Shown here piece after piece: positions 7,667 through 15,839 of a stretch of DNA of 64,000 nt (position 1 is the first letter of the stretch; the number at the start of each line of letters is the position of its first letter). Origin of the DNA: Ilumatobacteraceae bacterium. Lineage in GTDB: Bacteria; Actinomycetota; Acidimicrobiia; Acidimicrobiales; Ilumatobacteraceae. The stretch is taken from NCBI GenBank assembly GCA_963707515.1, contig CAVPQI010000002.1:280643-344642 (forward strand). The letters run 5' to 3'. Position numbers and translations under genes: made by a program. The notes under the pieces were generated by a model that made no database searches, was not told the origin of the DNA, and saw nothing but the letters and a program-made list of their open reading frames with translations.

Positions 7667-9789
7667 TGCCTGCGTGGTTTGTTGGGTCGTTGCGGCGGGC
7701 GAGTGGTGTGTATGTGTTCGTTGGTCTCGTGGTGTTGTTCGCGGTGTGGGTGCCGGAGACGTTCTTGACGACGACGACGTTGTCGTCGGTGTTGAGTCAG
7801 TCGGCGGTGACGGCGCTGGTGGCGGTGGGTTTGGTGGTCCCGTTGGTGGCTGGGGTGTTCGACATCTCGGTCGGTTACACGATGGGAATGGCGGCGGTGA
7901 TGGTGTCGTGGTTGATGGTGAAGCAGGGGTGGAATCCGGCGGTTGCGGTGTTGGCGACGTTGGCCATCGGTGCGGTGATTGGTTTGGTCAATGGGTTGTT
8001 GGTCGTGCGTTTTGCGATCAATGCGTTCATCGCGACGTTGGGGACGAGTTCGATCCTTGCTGGTCTGATCGTGTTCGTGTCGGGGAAGCAGCAGATCGTC
8101 GGGTTGCCGAGTGGGTTCACCGGTTTGGCGACGTGGTCGGTGATGGGTGTGCCGGCGGCGGCGGTGTATCTGGTGGTTGTGGCGTTGGTGTTGTGGTTCG
8201 TGTTGGAGCACATGCCGGTTGGTCGTCGGTTGTATGCGGCGGGTTGTGGTGAGGATGCGGCGCGTCTGGCTGGGGTGCGGACGGGGCGTTTGATCGTCGG
8301 GTCGTTCGTGACGTCGGCGGTGGTGGCGTCGATCGCGGGGATCGTGTTGACGGCGCGCATCGGTGCCGGTTCCCCGCAGGTCGGACCCTCCTACGTCTTT
8401 CCGGCGTTCGCGGCGGCGTTCTTGGGTGCGACGCAGTTCAAGCCGGATCGGTTCAACGTGTGGGGCACGGTGTTGGCGGTGTACTTGTTGGCCGTTGGTG
8501 TGCGCGGTCTGAACTTGATCGGCGCGGCGTTCTGGGTGACCGACCTGTTCAACGGGCTCGCCCTCATCCTCGCCGTCGGCCTCGCCAGCCGGCACCGGTA
8601 TCAGCGGGTGTCGCGCATCCCGCGGCGTCTCGTCCGGCAGCTCTCACGGCAGCTCTCGCGCCCCGAGCACGAGCGCGTCGCGGTACTGAAGCGTCTGCAG
8701 ACGGGACGCGACGTCCAGAGTGCGCCACCCGCGGTGCACGACGACCGGACTCGCGGGAGTTGGTTTGTTGGGTCGTTGCGGCGGGCGAGTGGTGTGTATG
8801 TGTTCGTTGGTCTCGTGGTGTTGTTCGCGGTGTGGGTGCCGGAGACGTTCTTGACGACGACGACGTTGTCGTCGGTGTTGAGTCAGTCGGCGGTGACGGC
8901 GCTGGTGGCGGTGGGTTTGGTGGTCCCGTTGGTGGCTGGGGTGTTCGACATCTCGGTCGGTTACACGATGGGAATGGCGGCGGTGATGGTGTCGTGGTTG
9001 ATGGTGAAGCAGGGGTGGAATCCGGCGGTTGCGGTGTTGGCGACGTTGGCCATCGGTGCGGTGATTGGTTTGGTCAATGGGTTGTTGGTCGTGCGTTTTG
9101 CGATCAATGCGTTCATCGCGACGTTGGGGACGAGTTCGATCCTTGCTGGTCTGATCGTGTTCGTGTCGGGGAAGCAGCAGATCGTCGGGTTGCCGAGTGG
9201 GTTCACCGGTTTGGCGACGTGGTCGGTGATGGGTGTGCCGGCGGCGGCGGTGTATCTGGTGGTTGTGGCGTTGGTGTTGTGGTTCGTGTTGGAGCACATG
9301 CCGGTTGGTCGTCGGTTGTATGCGGCGGGTTGTGGTGAGGATGCGGCGCGTCTGGCTGGGGTGCGGACGGGGCGTTTGATCGTCGGGTCGTTCGTGACGT
9401 CGGCGGTGGTGGCGTCGATCGCGGGGATCGTGTTGACGGCGCGCATCGGTGCCGGTTCCCCGCAGGTCGGACCCTCCTACCTGCTCCCGGCGTTCGCGGC
9501 GGCGTTCTTGGGTGCGACGCAGTTCAAGCCGGATCGGTTCAACGTGTGGGGCACGGTGTTGGCGGTGTACTTGTTGGCCGTTGGTGTGCGCGGTCTGAAC
9601 TTGATCGGCGCGGCGTTCTGGGTGACCGACCTGTTCAACGGGCTCGCCCTCATCCTCGCCGTCGGCCTCGCCACCTCGTCGGCTCGCCGCGGGGCGGTCA
9701 GCCGCCGGCGATGGCGTCGCGCTGGTTCGCGCCCGGACGCCGCAACGGTGGAGAGTTCCGCCGCGGGCGCCGCACCCGCAACGGCTTGA
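7666..9789 (+). CDS. ABC sugar permease; single ORF with two near-identical RbsC-like transmembrane modules joined by a 58-aa linker
   Basis: 707-aa ORF. Residues 4-307 and 366-669 are identical except VF versus LL. Each module is a full multi-TM permease homologous to the one at 11735-12757 (for example YAAGCGEDAARLAGV versus ATGGNYEAARLAGI). Confidence 0.7.
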   Translation: MPAWFVGSLRRASGVYVFVGLVVLFAVWVPETFLTTTTLSSVLSQSAVTALVAVGLVVPLVAGVFDISVGYTMGMAAVMVSWLMVKQGWNPAVAVLATLAIGAVIGLVNGLLVVRFAINAFIATLGTSSILAGLIVFVSGKQQIVGLPSGFTGLATWSVMGVPAAAVYLVVVALVLWFVLEHMPVGRRLYAAGCGEDAARLAGVRTGRLIVGSFVTSAVVASIAGIVLTARIGAGSPQVGPSYVFPAFAAAFLGATQFKPDRFNVWGTVLAVYLLAVGVRGLNLIGAAFWVTDLFNGLALILAVGLASRHRYQRVSRIPRRLVRQLSRQLSRPEHERVAVLKRLQTGRDVQSAPPAVHDDRTRGSWFVGSLRRASGVYVFVGLVVLFAVWVPETFLTTTTLSSVLSQSAVTALVAVGLVVPLVAGVFDISVGYTMGMAAVMVSWLMVKQGWNPAVAVLATLAIGAVIGLVNGLLVVRFAINAFIATLGTSSILAGLIVFVSGKQQIVGLPSGFTGLATWSVMGVPAAAVYLVVVALVLWFVLEHMPVGRRLYAAGCGEDAARLAGVRTGRLIVGSFVTSAVVASIAGIVLTARIGAGSPQVGPSYLLPAFAAAFLGATQFKPDRFNVWGTVLAVYLLAVGVRGLNLIGAAFWVTDLFNGLALILAVGLATSSARRGAVSRRRWRRAGSRPDAATVESSAAGAAPATA
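7675..8586 (+). repeat. direct repeat copy 1 (912 bp)
   Basis: All three affected reading frames in the ORF track give identical peptides for both copies (for example 7875-8360 minus equals 8961-9446 minus). The period is 1086 bp. Confidence 0.9.
8761..9672 (+). repeat. direct repeat copy 2 (912 bp)
   Basis: Identical to copy 1 except 9481-9486 CTGCTC versus 8395-8400 GTCTTT. Confidence 0.9.
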
Positions 9790-9891
9790 CGAACCAACCA
9801 TACGGTGGGTAACGTGCCCCGGAGGGGGAACGGCCTCGCTGTGCGTTGGACTTCGACCCTTTCACTTGTACCAACCAGAGGAGACAGACAT

Positions 9892-10395
9892 ATGACGATT
9901 ACTGCCGGTAACCCAGACCTGGTCGCAGGCACTCCGTGGCCGATGATCCAGCTGCCCGACGACGTCTTCATCCACGGCGACGAGCGCCCGTGGGTCCAGA
10001 TGGGTGAGTTCGGCGGTTCGTACGTCAAGGTGCTGTACGCCAACAAGGAGCGCAACACCGCGGTGTTCCTCTACCAGCTGGCGCCCGACTCGACGTTCCC
10101 GATGCACGAGCACCTGTGCCTCGCCATCGCCTACACGCTCCAGGGAGACTGGGCATACGGCGATATCCAGCTGCGCAAGGGCTCGCTGGCCTTCGAGACG
10201 CCGGGTTCGAGCCACGCCCCGGTCACCTGGGAAACGGGTTTCTCGGTGCTCACCGTGTTCATCGGTGAGCCGGGCCAAGAGGTGCTGCTGCGCTCGCAGG
10301 ACCCCGAGACCCTCGAGGTCTCCGAACTCGGCATCGACTTCTTCATCGAGATGATGGAAGCACCGGGTGCCGACGGGGTCGTCGACAAGCACTGA
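9892..10395 (+). CDS. cupin domain protein (ChrR-like cupin)
   Basis: ATG 9892 preceded by GAGGAG. Cupin-like metal-site segments PMHEHLCLAIAYTLQG and GSSHAP. Confidence 0.7.
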   Translation: MTITAGNPDLVAGTPWPMIQLPDDVFIHGDERPWVQMGEFGGSYVKVLYANKERNTAVFLYQLAPDSTFPMHEHLCLAIAYTLQGDWAYGDIQLRKGSLAFETPGSSHAPVTWETGFSVLTVFIGEPGQEVLLRSQDPETLEVSELGIDFFIEMMEAPGADGVVDKH

Positions 10396-10426
10396 CGTCC
10401 CCAGCCGCTGAAGCGGTCCAGGATCA

Positions 10427-10466
10427 AATGGGCAGGAGTCTCCGACTCCTGCCCATTGTCGTTTTC
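10427..10466 (+). terminator. intrinsic terminator downstream of the cupin gene
   Basis: Perfect 14-bp stem AATGGGCAGGAGTC / GACTCCTGCCCATT with a 3-nt loop, followed by GTCGTTTTCGG. Confidence 0.8.
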
Positions 10467-10500
10467 GGATTCGAGTTCCGTGGTCACCGCTCTGTCCGAA

Positions 10501-10529
10501 TTGACAGGCACCAAACGATTGTTTAGTTT
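10501..10529 (+). promoter_or_regulatory. sigma-70-like promoter candidate with an embedded inverted repeat
   Basis: TTGACA (10501-10506), 17-nt spacer, TAGTTT (10524-10529). Inverted repeat CCAAAC-N4-GTTTAG at 10511-10526 overlaps the spacer and the -10 element. Confidence 0.35.
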
Positions 10530-10579
10530 AAAGACTTGGAGGGGACGAGTCGCGTCCCCCGGACATGGGGGAGACAGCA

Positions 10580-11728
10580 ATGCGCGCTGACCGCGAAGCG
10601 TCGAGAGGAACAAGGTCGGCCCTCTGGGTCGGTGTGGCTGCGACCCTCGTGGGGCTCGCCGCGTGCAGCTCGGGCGGGGACGACAGCTCGTCCGCGGCGG
10701 ACTCGAACGACTCCGCTGCCCCGGTGACCGACTCGTCGGCAGGGGATGGTGCGGCAGGGGAGGGAGCGATTTCCGACGCTCCCGGCGATCTGTCCGGCCT
10801 CGACGGCAAGAAGATCGGCGTCCTGACGCTGGCGCCGGTCGAAGGTGTGACCAGGAACAGCGAGCCGTTCATGGCGTGCCTGGACGAAGCGAACGCAGAG
10901 GGCCTGCAGGTCGACATCGCCGGGGACTTCGGTCTCGGGGCGTCGACGATCGACCAGTGGGTCGCCAACGACGCGGTCGACCTGATCTATCTCGTCGGTG
11001 TCACCGCCTCGGCCGTCACCGAATCGGTGGCTGCGGCGGAGGAAGCCGGCATTCCGGTCGTGCTCGGCTACGCGGGAGTGGATCCGAACGCCACCACGGC
11101 GGTGCAGGGATTCCAGGTCGAGGCGATGGCACCGGTGGCCCAGTACCTCGCCGACCGCCTCGGTGGCGAGGGCAAGATCGCGTTGATCAACAACAACACC
11201 AACTCAAGTCTCCGCGACCACGAAGCTGCCCTGCGGGCGGTGCTGCAGGGCTATCCGGACATCGAGATCGTCGCCGAGCACCAGGTCGACTTCGCCAATC
11301 CGGTCGCCGATGCACGCGACGCGGCAGCGGCATTCATCCTCGCCAATCCTGACCTGGACGCGATCTGGGCCGGCTTCGACTCGCCCGCCATCGGCGCCGC
11401 CAATGCGGTCGAAGAAGCGGGCCGTTGGTCGGGCGGTGACGCGGACGACGACATCTTCGTGACCGGTGGAAACGGCGACCTCGAGGCGATCGCGTTGCTC
11501 GAGGGCAACTCGCCGTTGCAGGCGACATTCGTCGGACCCCACTACCGGGTGGCGCAGGTGGCCTGTGAGCAGGCAGCCAAGATCCTCGACGGCCAAGGCC
11601 CGGATGCATCCCTGATCTGGCTGCGCGGCGGATTCGCCTCGGCCCAGAACATCAGCTCGCTCGACAGGACCGCGGACGGCTACGTGCGGGTCTCCGACGA
11701 AGCCCCGTACGTTCTGTACGGCGGCTGA
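10580..11728 (+). CDS. ABC transporter substrate-binding lipoprotein (sugar type)
   Basis: Lipobox LWVGVAATLVGLAAC-SSGGDD. GGGGAGA lies 6 nt before ATG 10580; ATG 10565 is an alternative start. A permease follows immediately. Confidence 0.85.
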   Translation: MRADREASRGTRSALWVGVAATLVGLAACSSGGDDSSSAADSNDSAAPVTDSSAGDGAAGEGAISDAPGDLSGLDGKKIGVLTLAPVEGVTRNSEPFMACLDEANAEGLQVDIAGDFGLGASTIDQWVANDAVDLIYLVGVTASAVTESVAAAEEAGIPVVLGYAGVDPNATTAVQGFQVEAMAPVAQYLADRLGGEGKIALINNNTNSSLRDHEAALRAVLQGYPDIEIVAEHQVDFANPVADARDAAAAFILANPDLDAIWAGFDSPAIGAANAVEEAGRWSGGDADDDIFVTGGNGDLEAIALLEGNSPLQATFVGPHYRVAQVACEQAAKILDGQGPDASLIWLRGGFASAQNISSLDRTADGYVRVSDEAPYVLYGG

Positions 11729-11734
11729 GCAGCC

Positions 11735-12757
11735 GTGGGACCTCGAAGCGCAAAGCTGCGTCGCCCGGCGGTCACGCTGGGGCAGCTGGCGCCGGTGATC
11801 GGGCTCGTCGCGCTGGTGGCGGTGTTCTCGATCATGCGGCCGAGCACATTCCCCACGACGGCGAACCTCCTGATCATCCTCAACCAGGCAAGCCTGCTCG
11901 GGATGGTCGCCGGCGGCCTCACGATCGCCCTGATCCTGGGGCAGTTCGATCTGTCGATCGGCTTCACCGCCAGTCTGGGAGGGATCGTCGCCACCCAGTG
12001 GCTCGATGTCGTCAGCGTCCCCGTGGCGGTGCTGCTGGGGATCGCCGCGGGCCTCGCCGTCGGTCTCGTCAACGGCATCCTCGTTGCCTACGTGCACGTG
12101 TCCGCGTTCATCGGAACCCTGGGCATGGGCGCGATCATCACCGGGGTGATCCTGCGAATCACCGGCGGGCGTGCCAACACGGGCCTGAGCGCCGACTTCA
12201 CCGCGATCGGACGCACCGAACTGCTCGGCGTGCCGATGCTGGTCTGGATCTCGGCAGCGGTGCTGTTCCTGCTCTGGCTGTTCGTCGGACGTACCGAGGC
12301 GGGTCGCCGACTCGATGCGACGGGGGGCAACTACGAGGCGGCGCGGCTTGCGGGGATCAACGCACGCCGGTACGTCGCCGTCGGCTTCGTCGTGTCCGGC
12401 TGTGTGGCCGCCTTGGCCGGAACCCTCGCCGCCGCCCGGCTCGGGTCCGCGTATCCCAGTGCGGGCGACGCCTACCTGCTCGATGCCTACACGGCGTGCT
12501 TCATCGGCGCGGTCACCTACCGGCGCAACGAGTTCCATGTCGGCGGGACCGTCGTCGGTGTGCTGATCCTCGCCACCGTGTTCAACGGCCTCGCCCAGCT
12601 CGGCGTGGAGGCCTACTGGCAGAACATCGTCAAGGGCGGCATCCTCATCGCCTCGGTTGCGGCGGCCGGGATGTCCGAGCGGCTTCCGTCGATCCGGCTG
12701 CGTCGCCGCCCCGAAGTCCCGACGCAGGATACGATCCCAGCTCGCGTCAACATCTGA
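11735..12757 (+). CDS. ABC sugar permease (RbsC-like)
   Basis: 340 aa, multi-TM, homologous to the modules of the 7666-9789 ORF. No ATPase gene accompanies this set. Confidence 0.85.
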   Translation: MGPRSAKLRRPAVTLGQLAPVIGLVALVAVFSIMRPSTFPTTANLLIILNQASLLGMVAGGLTIALILGQFDLSIGFTASLGGIVATQWLDVVSVPVAVLLGIAAGLAVGLVNGILVAYVHVSAFIGTLGMGAIITGVILRITGGRANTGLSADFTAIGRTELLGVPMLVWISAAVLFLLWLFVGRTEAGRRLDATGGNYEAARLAGINARRYVAVGFVVSGCVAALAGTLAAARLGSAYPSAGDAYLLDAYTACFIGAVTYRRNEFHVGGTVVGVLILATVFNGLAQLGVEAYWQNIVKGGILIASVAAAGMSERLPSIRLRRRPEVPTQDTIPARVNI

Positions 12758-12826
12758 ACAGAGATTCCTCCCGCACGAGCATCGGCTCACTCCACAGCGC
12801 CGACGCCATACGCCAGGACGGTATGC

Positions 12827-13489
12827 ATGCCCAAACCAAGTCGGTGGAACGACATCGTCGATACGGCAGCCAAGATCTTCCGTGAGAAGGGATTCTCGGC
12901 CACCTCACTCGAGGACATCGCCTCCGAAGTCGGGATGTGGAAGGGCAGCCTGTATCACTACATCGACTCGAAAGAGGATCTTCTCTTCGCGGTCGTGAAG
13001 GAGCCCGCGGATCATCTGCTTGCGGAAATTCGCCGCATCGAGGGTCTTGATCTGCCGCCCGCCGAGAAGCTGCGCCTCGCGGCATTGAGCCACGCGTATG
13101 TCCTCGACACCACCTTCGTCTATGCCGCGGTGTACCTCCAGGAGGTGGCCGGGAGGCAACGGTTCGCCGAGTGGACGGCGATGGACCGTGAGTACGTGGA
13201 GATCCTGACGGCGATCGTGCAGCAGGGCGTCGACCGTGGTGACTTCACCCTCCAGCTCAGCGCCCGCAACACCACGTTGGCGTTGATCGGCAGCCTCAAC
13301 TGGATGACGCACTGGTTCAACCCCGAGGGCTCGCTGTCGGCGCGGACGATCGCCGACCAGATCTGTGGGACGTTCCTCAGCGGGGTCCTCACGAGGGCTC
13401 GCCGGGAAGACGCCGGCGATGCGGTCCCGTCGCACGATGAGGTCGCCGACGCGCCGGTGGCGGCGACGCCCGGGGCAGACCCCCGATGA
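12827..13489 (+). CDS. TetR family transcriptional regulator
   Basis: N-terminal HTH WNDIVDTAAKIFREKGFSATSLEDIASEVGMWKGSLYHYIDSKEDLL. Confidence 0.9.
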   Translation: MPKPSRWNDIVDTAAKIFREKGFSATSLEDIASEVGMWKGSLYHYIDSKEDLLFAVVKEPADHLLAEIRRIEGLDLPPAEKLRLAALSHAYVLDTTFVYAAVYLQEVAGRQRFAEWTAMDREYVEILTAIVQQGVDRGDFTLQLSARNTTLALIGSLNWMTHWFNPEGSLSARTIADQICGTFLSGVLTRARREDAGDAVPSHDEVADAPVAATPGADPR

Positions 13490-14296
13490 GCGACGGATCG
13501 ACGGCGCTCGACGACCGGCCGGCCGATCGCCACGACGTGGCGGGCGACCCGTTCGCGCTGCGCGGCAAGGTGGCGCTGGTCACCGGTGCGTCGTCGGGGC
13601 TCGGCGCGCGACTTCGCGATGGTCCTCGCCCGAGCCGGCGCCACCGTCGTGCTCACGGCCCGGCGGGAGGAACGGCTCCGCTCCCTTGCCGAACGGCTCC
13701 CCGGATCGAGCGTCATCGCCGCAGACATCTCGTCGGAGACCGATCGCCAACGACTCGTCCAGGAGACAGTGGACCGTCACGGGCGGGTGGACATCCTGGT
13801 GAACAATGCGGGCGTCGGGACCGGCGTCGCCGTGGAGGACGAAACGACGGCGCAATTCCGTCAGGCGATGGAAGTCAACGTCACCGCGGTGTGGCACCTG
13901 GCCAAGCTCTGCGCACCGTTCATGATTCGCTCCGGGAGCGGTTCGATCGTGAACATCGCCTCGATTCTCGGCTTCGTCGGCTCCACGCCGATCAAGCAGT
14001 CGCACTACTGCGCGAGCAAGGGTGCGGTGGTCAATCTCACTCGGGAGCTCGCCCTGCAGTGGGCACGCAAAGGGGTGCGCGTGAACGCACTCTGTCCCGG
14101 GTGGTTCCCATCCGAGATGACGGCGGGGATGGACACCGATCCGTCGAGTCTGCGCTTCATCGAGACGAACACGCCGATTCCCCGCATGGGCCAGTTGCAC
14201 GAGCTCGATGGTCCGCTCCTGCTCTTGGCGAGCGATGCCGGATCGTTCATCACGGGCCAGAGTCTCCTCGTGGACGGCGGTTGGACCGCCCGCTAG
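13486..14296 (+). pseudogene. SDR family oxidoreductase interrupted by a +1 frameshift near 13603-13612
   Basis: The cofactor motif KVALVTGASSGLGA is in the frame of ATG 13486 (ATGA-coupled to the TetR stop). The rest (DFAMVLARAGATVVLTARR..., NNAGVG, YCASKGAV) is in the frame of the 13586 ORF. Total length is 811 nt = 3n+1. Confidence 0.8.
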
Positions 14297-14336
14297 GAGT
14301 GCTGGCGCGCTGTTGCTGAGCCGCGGCGCGAGGCGA

Positions 14337-14858
14337 TCAGTCCGTCGGGTCGATGAAGTCACCTGCGTTGCGTCGCAGGTTGGTCAGACCATCGGTGACG
14401 GTGGCGAGCTCGTCGCCGGCGATGCCGACGTCGCTGAAGACGGTCTCGTTGAGCTCGCCGGCGGCGCGGCGGACGGTGCGACGTCCTGCTCTGGTGATGC
14501 GGGCAAGCGTGGTTCGTCCATCGGTGGGATGGGGGCGGCGTTGGACGAGGTCGTCGAGCTCGAGGCGGTCGATGGCGTTCGTCACGCTTGCCGGATGGAC
14601 CTGCAGTCGCTTGCCGATCTTGCTGAGCGGGAGCTCACCGCGTCGTGAGAACTCGAGCAGCATCAGGACCTCGAAGCGGGCGAACGTCAAGCCGAAGGGT
14701 TCGAGTGCGGCGTCGACGCGTCCGAGGAGGAGTTGGTGTGCCCGCATCACCGACGTGACGAGGGCCATGCCCGGGGCGGATGTCTCCCATCCGGCGGCGC
14801 GCCAGTTCCTGGACGCCTCGGCGATCGGGTCGAAGCGGAGCGGTTCGCGGCGTCGCAC
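14337..14858 (-). CDS. MarR family transcriptional regulator
   Basis: Winged-helix core FARFEVLMLLEFSRRGELPLSKIGKRLQVHPASVTNAIDRLELDDLVQRRPHPTDGRTTLARIT. Confidence 0.9.
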   Translation of the reverse strand: MRRREPLRFDPIAEASRNWRAAGWETSAPGMALVTSVMRAHQLLLGRVDAALEPFGLTFARFEVLMLLEFSRRGELPLSKIGKRLQVHPASVTNAIDRLELDDLVQRRPHPTDGRTTLARITRAGRRTVRRAAGELNETVFSDVGIAGDELATVTDGLTNLRRNAGDFIDPTD

Positions 14859-14947
14859 GATGCGGAGACTAGGGCGGAGTCGGAACTCGGGAGCGGGAAG
14901 CTCGGTTCCACAAAAGGTATGACGTCAAAGTTTCAGATGGTTTGACA

Positions 14948-14963
14948 TCCAACTATTGTTGGA
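14948..14963. promoter_or_regulatory. inverted repeat TCCAAC-TATT-GTTGGA (candidate MarR/TetR operator) just before the hbd-like start
   Basis: 6-bp perfect arms with a 4-bp spacer. It overlaps a TATTGT -10-like hexamer (14954-14959) 7 nt before GTG 14967, which fits a leaderless transcript. Confidence 0.35.
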
Positions 14964-14966
14964 CGT

Positions 14967-15839
14967 GTGAGCTCTGAGATCGTTCCAATTGGTGTGCTGG
15001 GGTGCGGGTTGATGGGAGCAGGCATCGCTGAGGTGTGCGCCCGTCGCGGGCTCGAGGTGGTGGTCGTCGAAGCAGATGCCGAGGCGGCGGAGCGAGGCCG
15101 GGACCGCGTGATGCGTTCGATCGAGGCAGCGTCGGCACGCGGCAAGCTGACCGTCGACGAGGCGGAGGGAGCTGTCGGACGTCTGGACTTCACGCACGAC
15201 TGGGACGCGTTCGCTGATCGAAGGGTCGTGATCGAGGCGGTGAGCGAGGATCCAGAGCTCAAGGTCGGGGCATTCGAGCGGATCGACCGTGTCGTGCGGG
15301 CAGACGACGCAATTCTGGCCACCAACACGTCGTCGATTCCGATCATGCGATTGGCGACGGCGACCGGGCGACCGGAGCAGGTCATCGGGCTGCACTTCTT
15401 CAACCCGGTCCCGGTGATGCCGCTGGTCGAGCTGGTGCCGTCGCTGATGACGAGCGAGGCAACCGAGGCACGGGCCTCTGAGCTCGCGTCGGACGTGTTG
15501 GGCAAGCACGTGATCCGGTCGAAGGACCGCGCCGGGTTCGTCGTCAACGCCTTGTTGATCCCCTATCTGCTGTCGGCGATCCGGATGTTGGAGTCGGGCT
15601 TCGCCACCGCGGAGGGCATCGATGCAGGGATGGTCCACGGATGCGCACACCCGATGGGCCCGCTGGCGTTGGCGGACCTGATCGGCCTGGACACGACGAT
15701 GGCGGTTGCCCAGTCGATGTACGAGGAGTTCAAGGAACCGCTGTACGCGCCGCCCCCGTTGCTGAGCCGAATGGTCGAGGCAGGACTGCTCGGCCGCAAG
15801 ACCGGGCGCGGCTTCCACGGCTACGGGAGTGCGGGGTGA
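14967..15839 (+). CDS. 3-hydroxybutyryl-CoA (3-hydroxyacyl-CoA) dehydrogenase
   Basis: NAD-binding GVLGCGLMGAGIAEV, plus TNTSSIPI and HFFNPVPVMPLVEL segments; 290 aa. Confidence 0.9.
   Translation: MSSEIVPIGVLGCGLMGAGIAEVCARRGLEVVVVEADAEAAERGRDRVMRSIEAASARGKLTVDEAEGAVGRLDFTHDWDAFADRRVVIEAVSEDPELKVGAFERIDRVVRADDAILATNTSSIPIMRLATATGRPEQVIGLHFFNPVPVMPLVELVPSLMTSEATEARASELASDVLGKHVIRSKDRAGFVVNALLIPYLLSAIRMLESGFATAEGIDAGMVHGCAHPMGPLALADLIGLDTTMAVAQSMYEEFKEPLYAPPPLLSRMVEAGLLGRKTGRGFHGYGSAG

Noticed and set aside
7666-9789. Transposon or IS-mediated origin of the permease duplication
   Set aside because: No transposase, terminal inverted repeats or target-site duplication is visible, and the unique linker has no recognisable coding potential on either strand.
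6805-9801. Two long minus-strand ORFs (596 and 385 aa), extremely rich in His, Arg, Gln, Pro and Thr
   Set aside because: They are the antisense translation of the G+T-rich permease repeat. They duplicate only because the permease sequence is duplicated, and they show no start context or motif.
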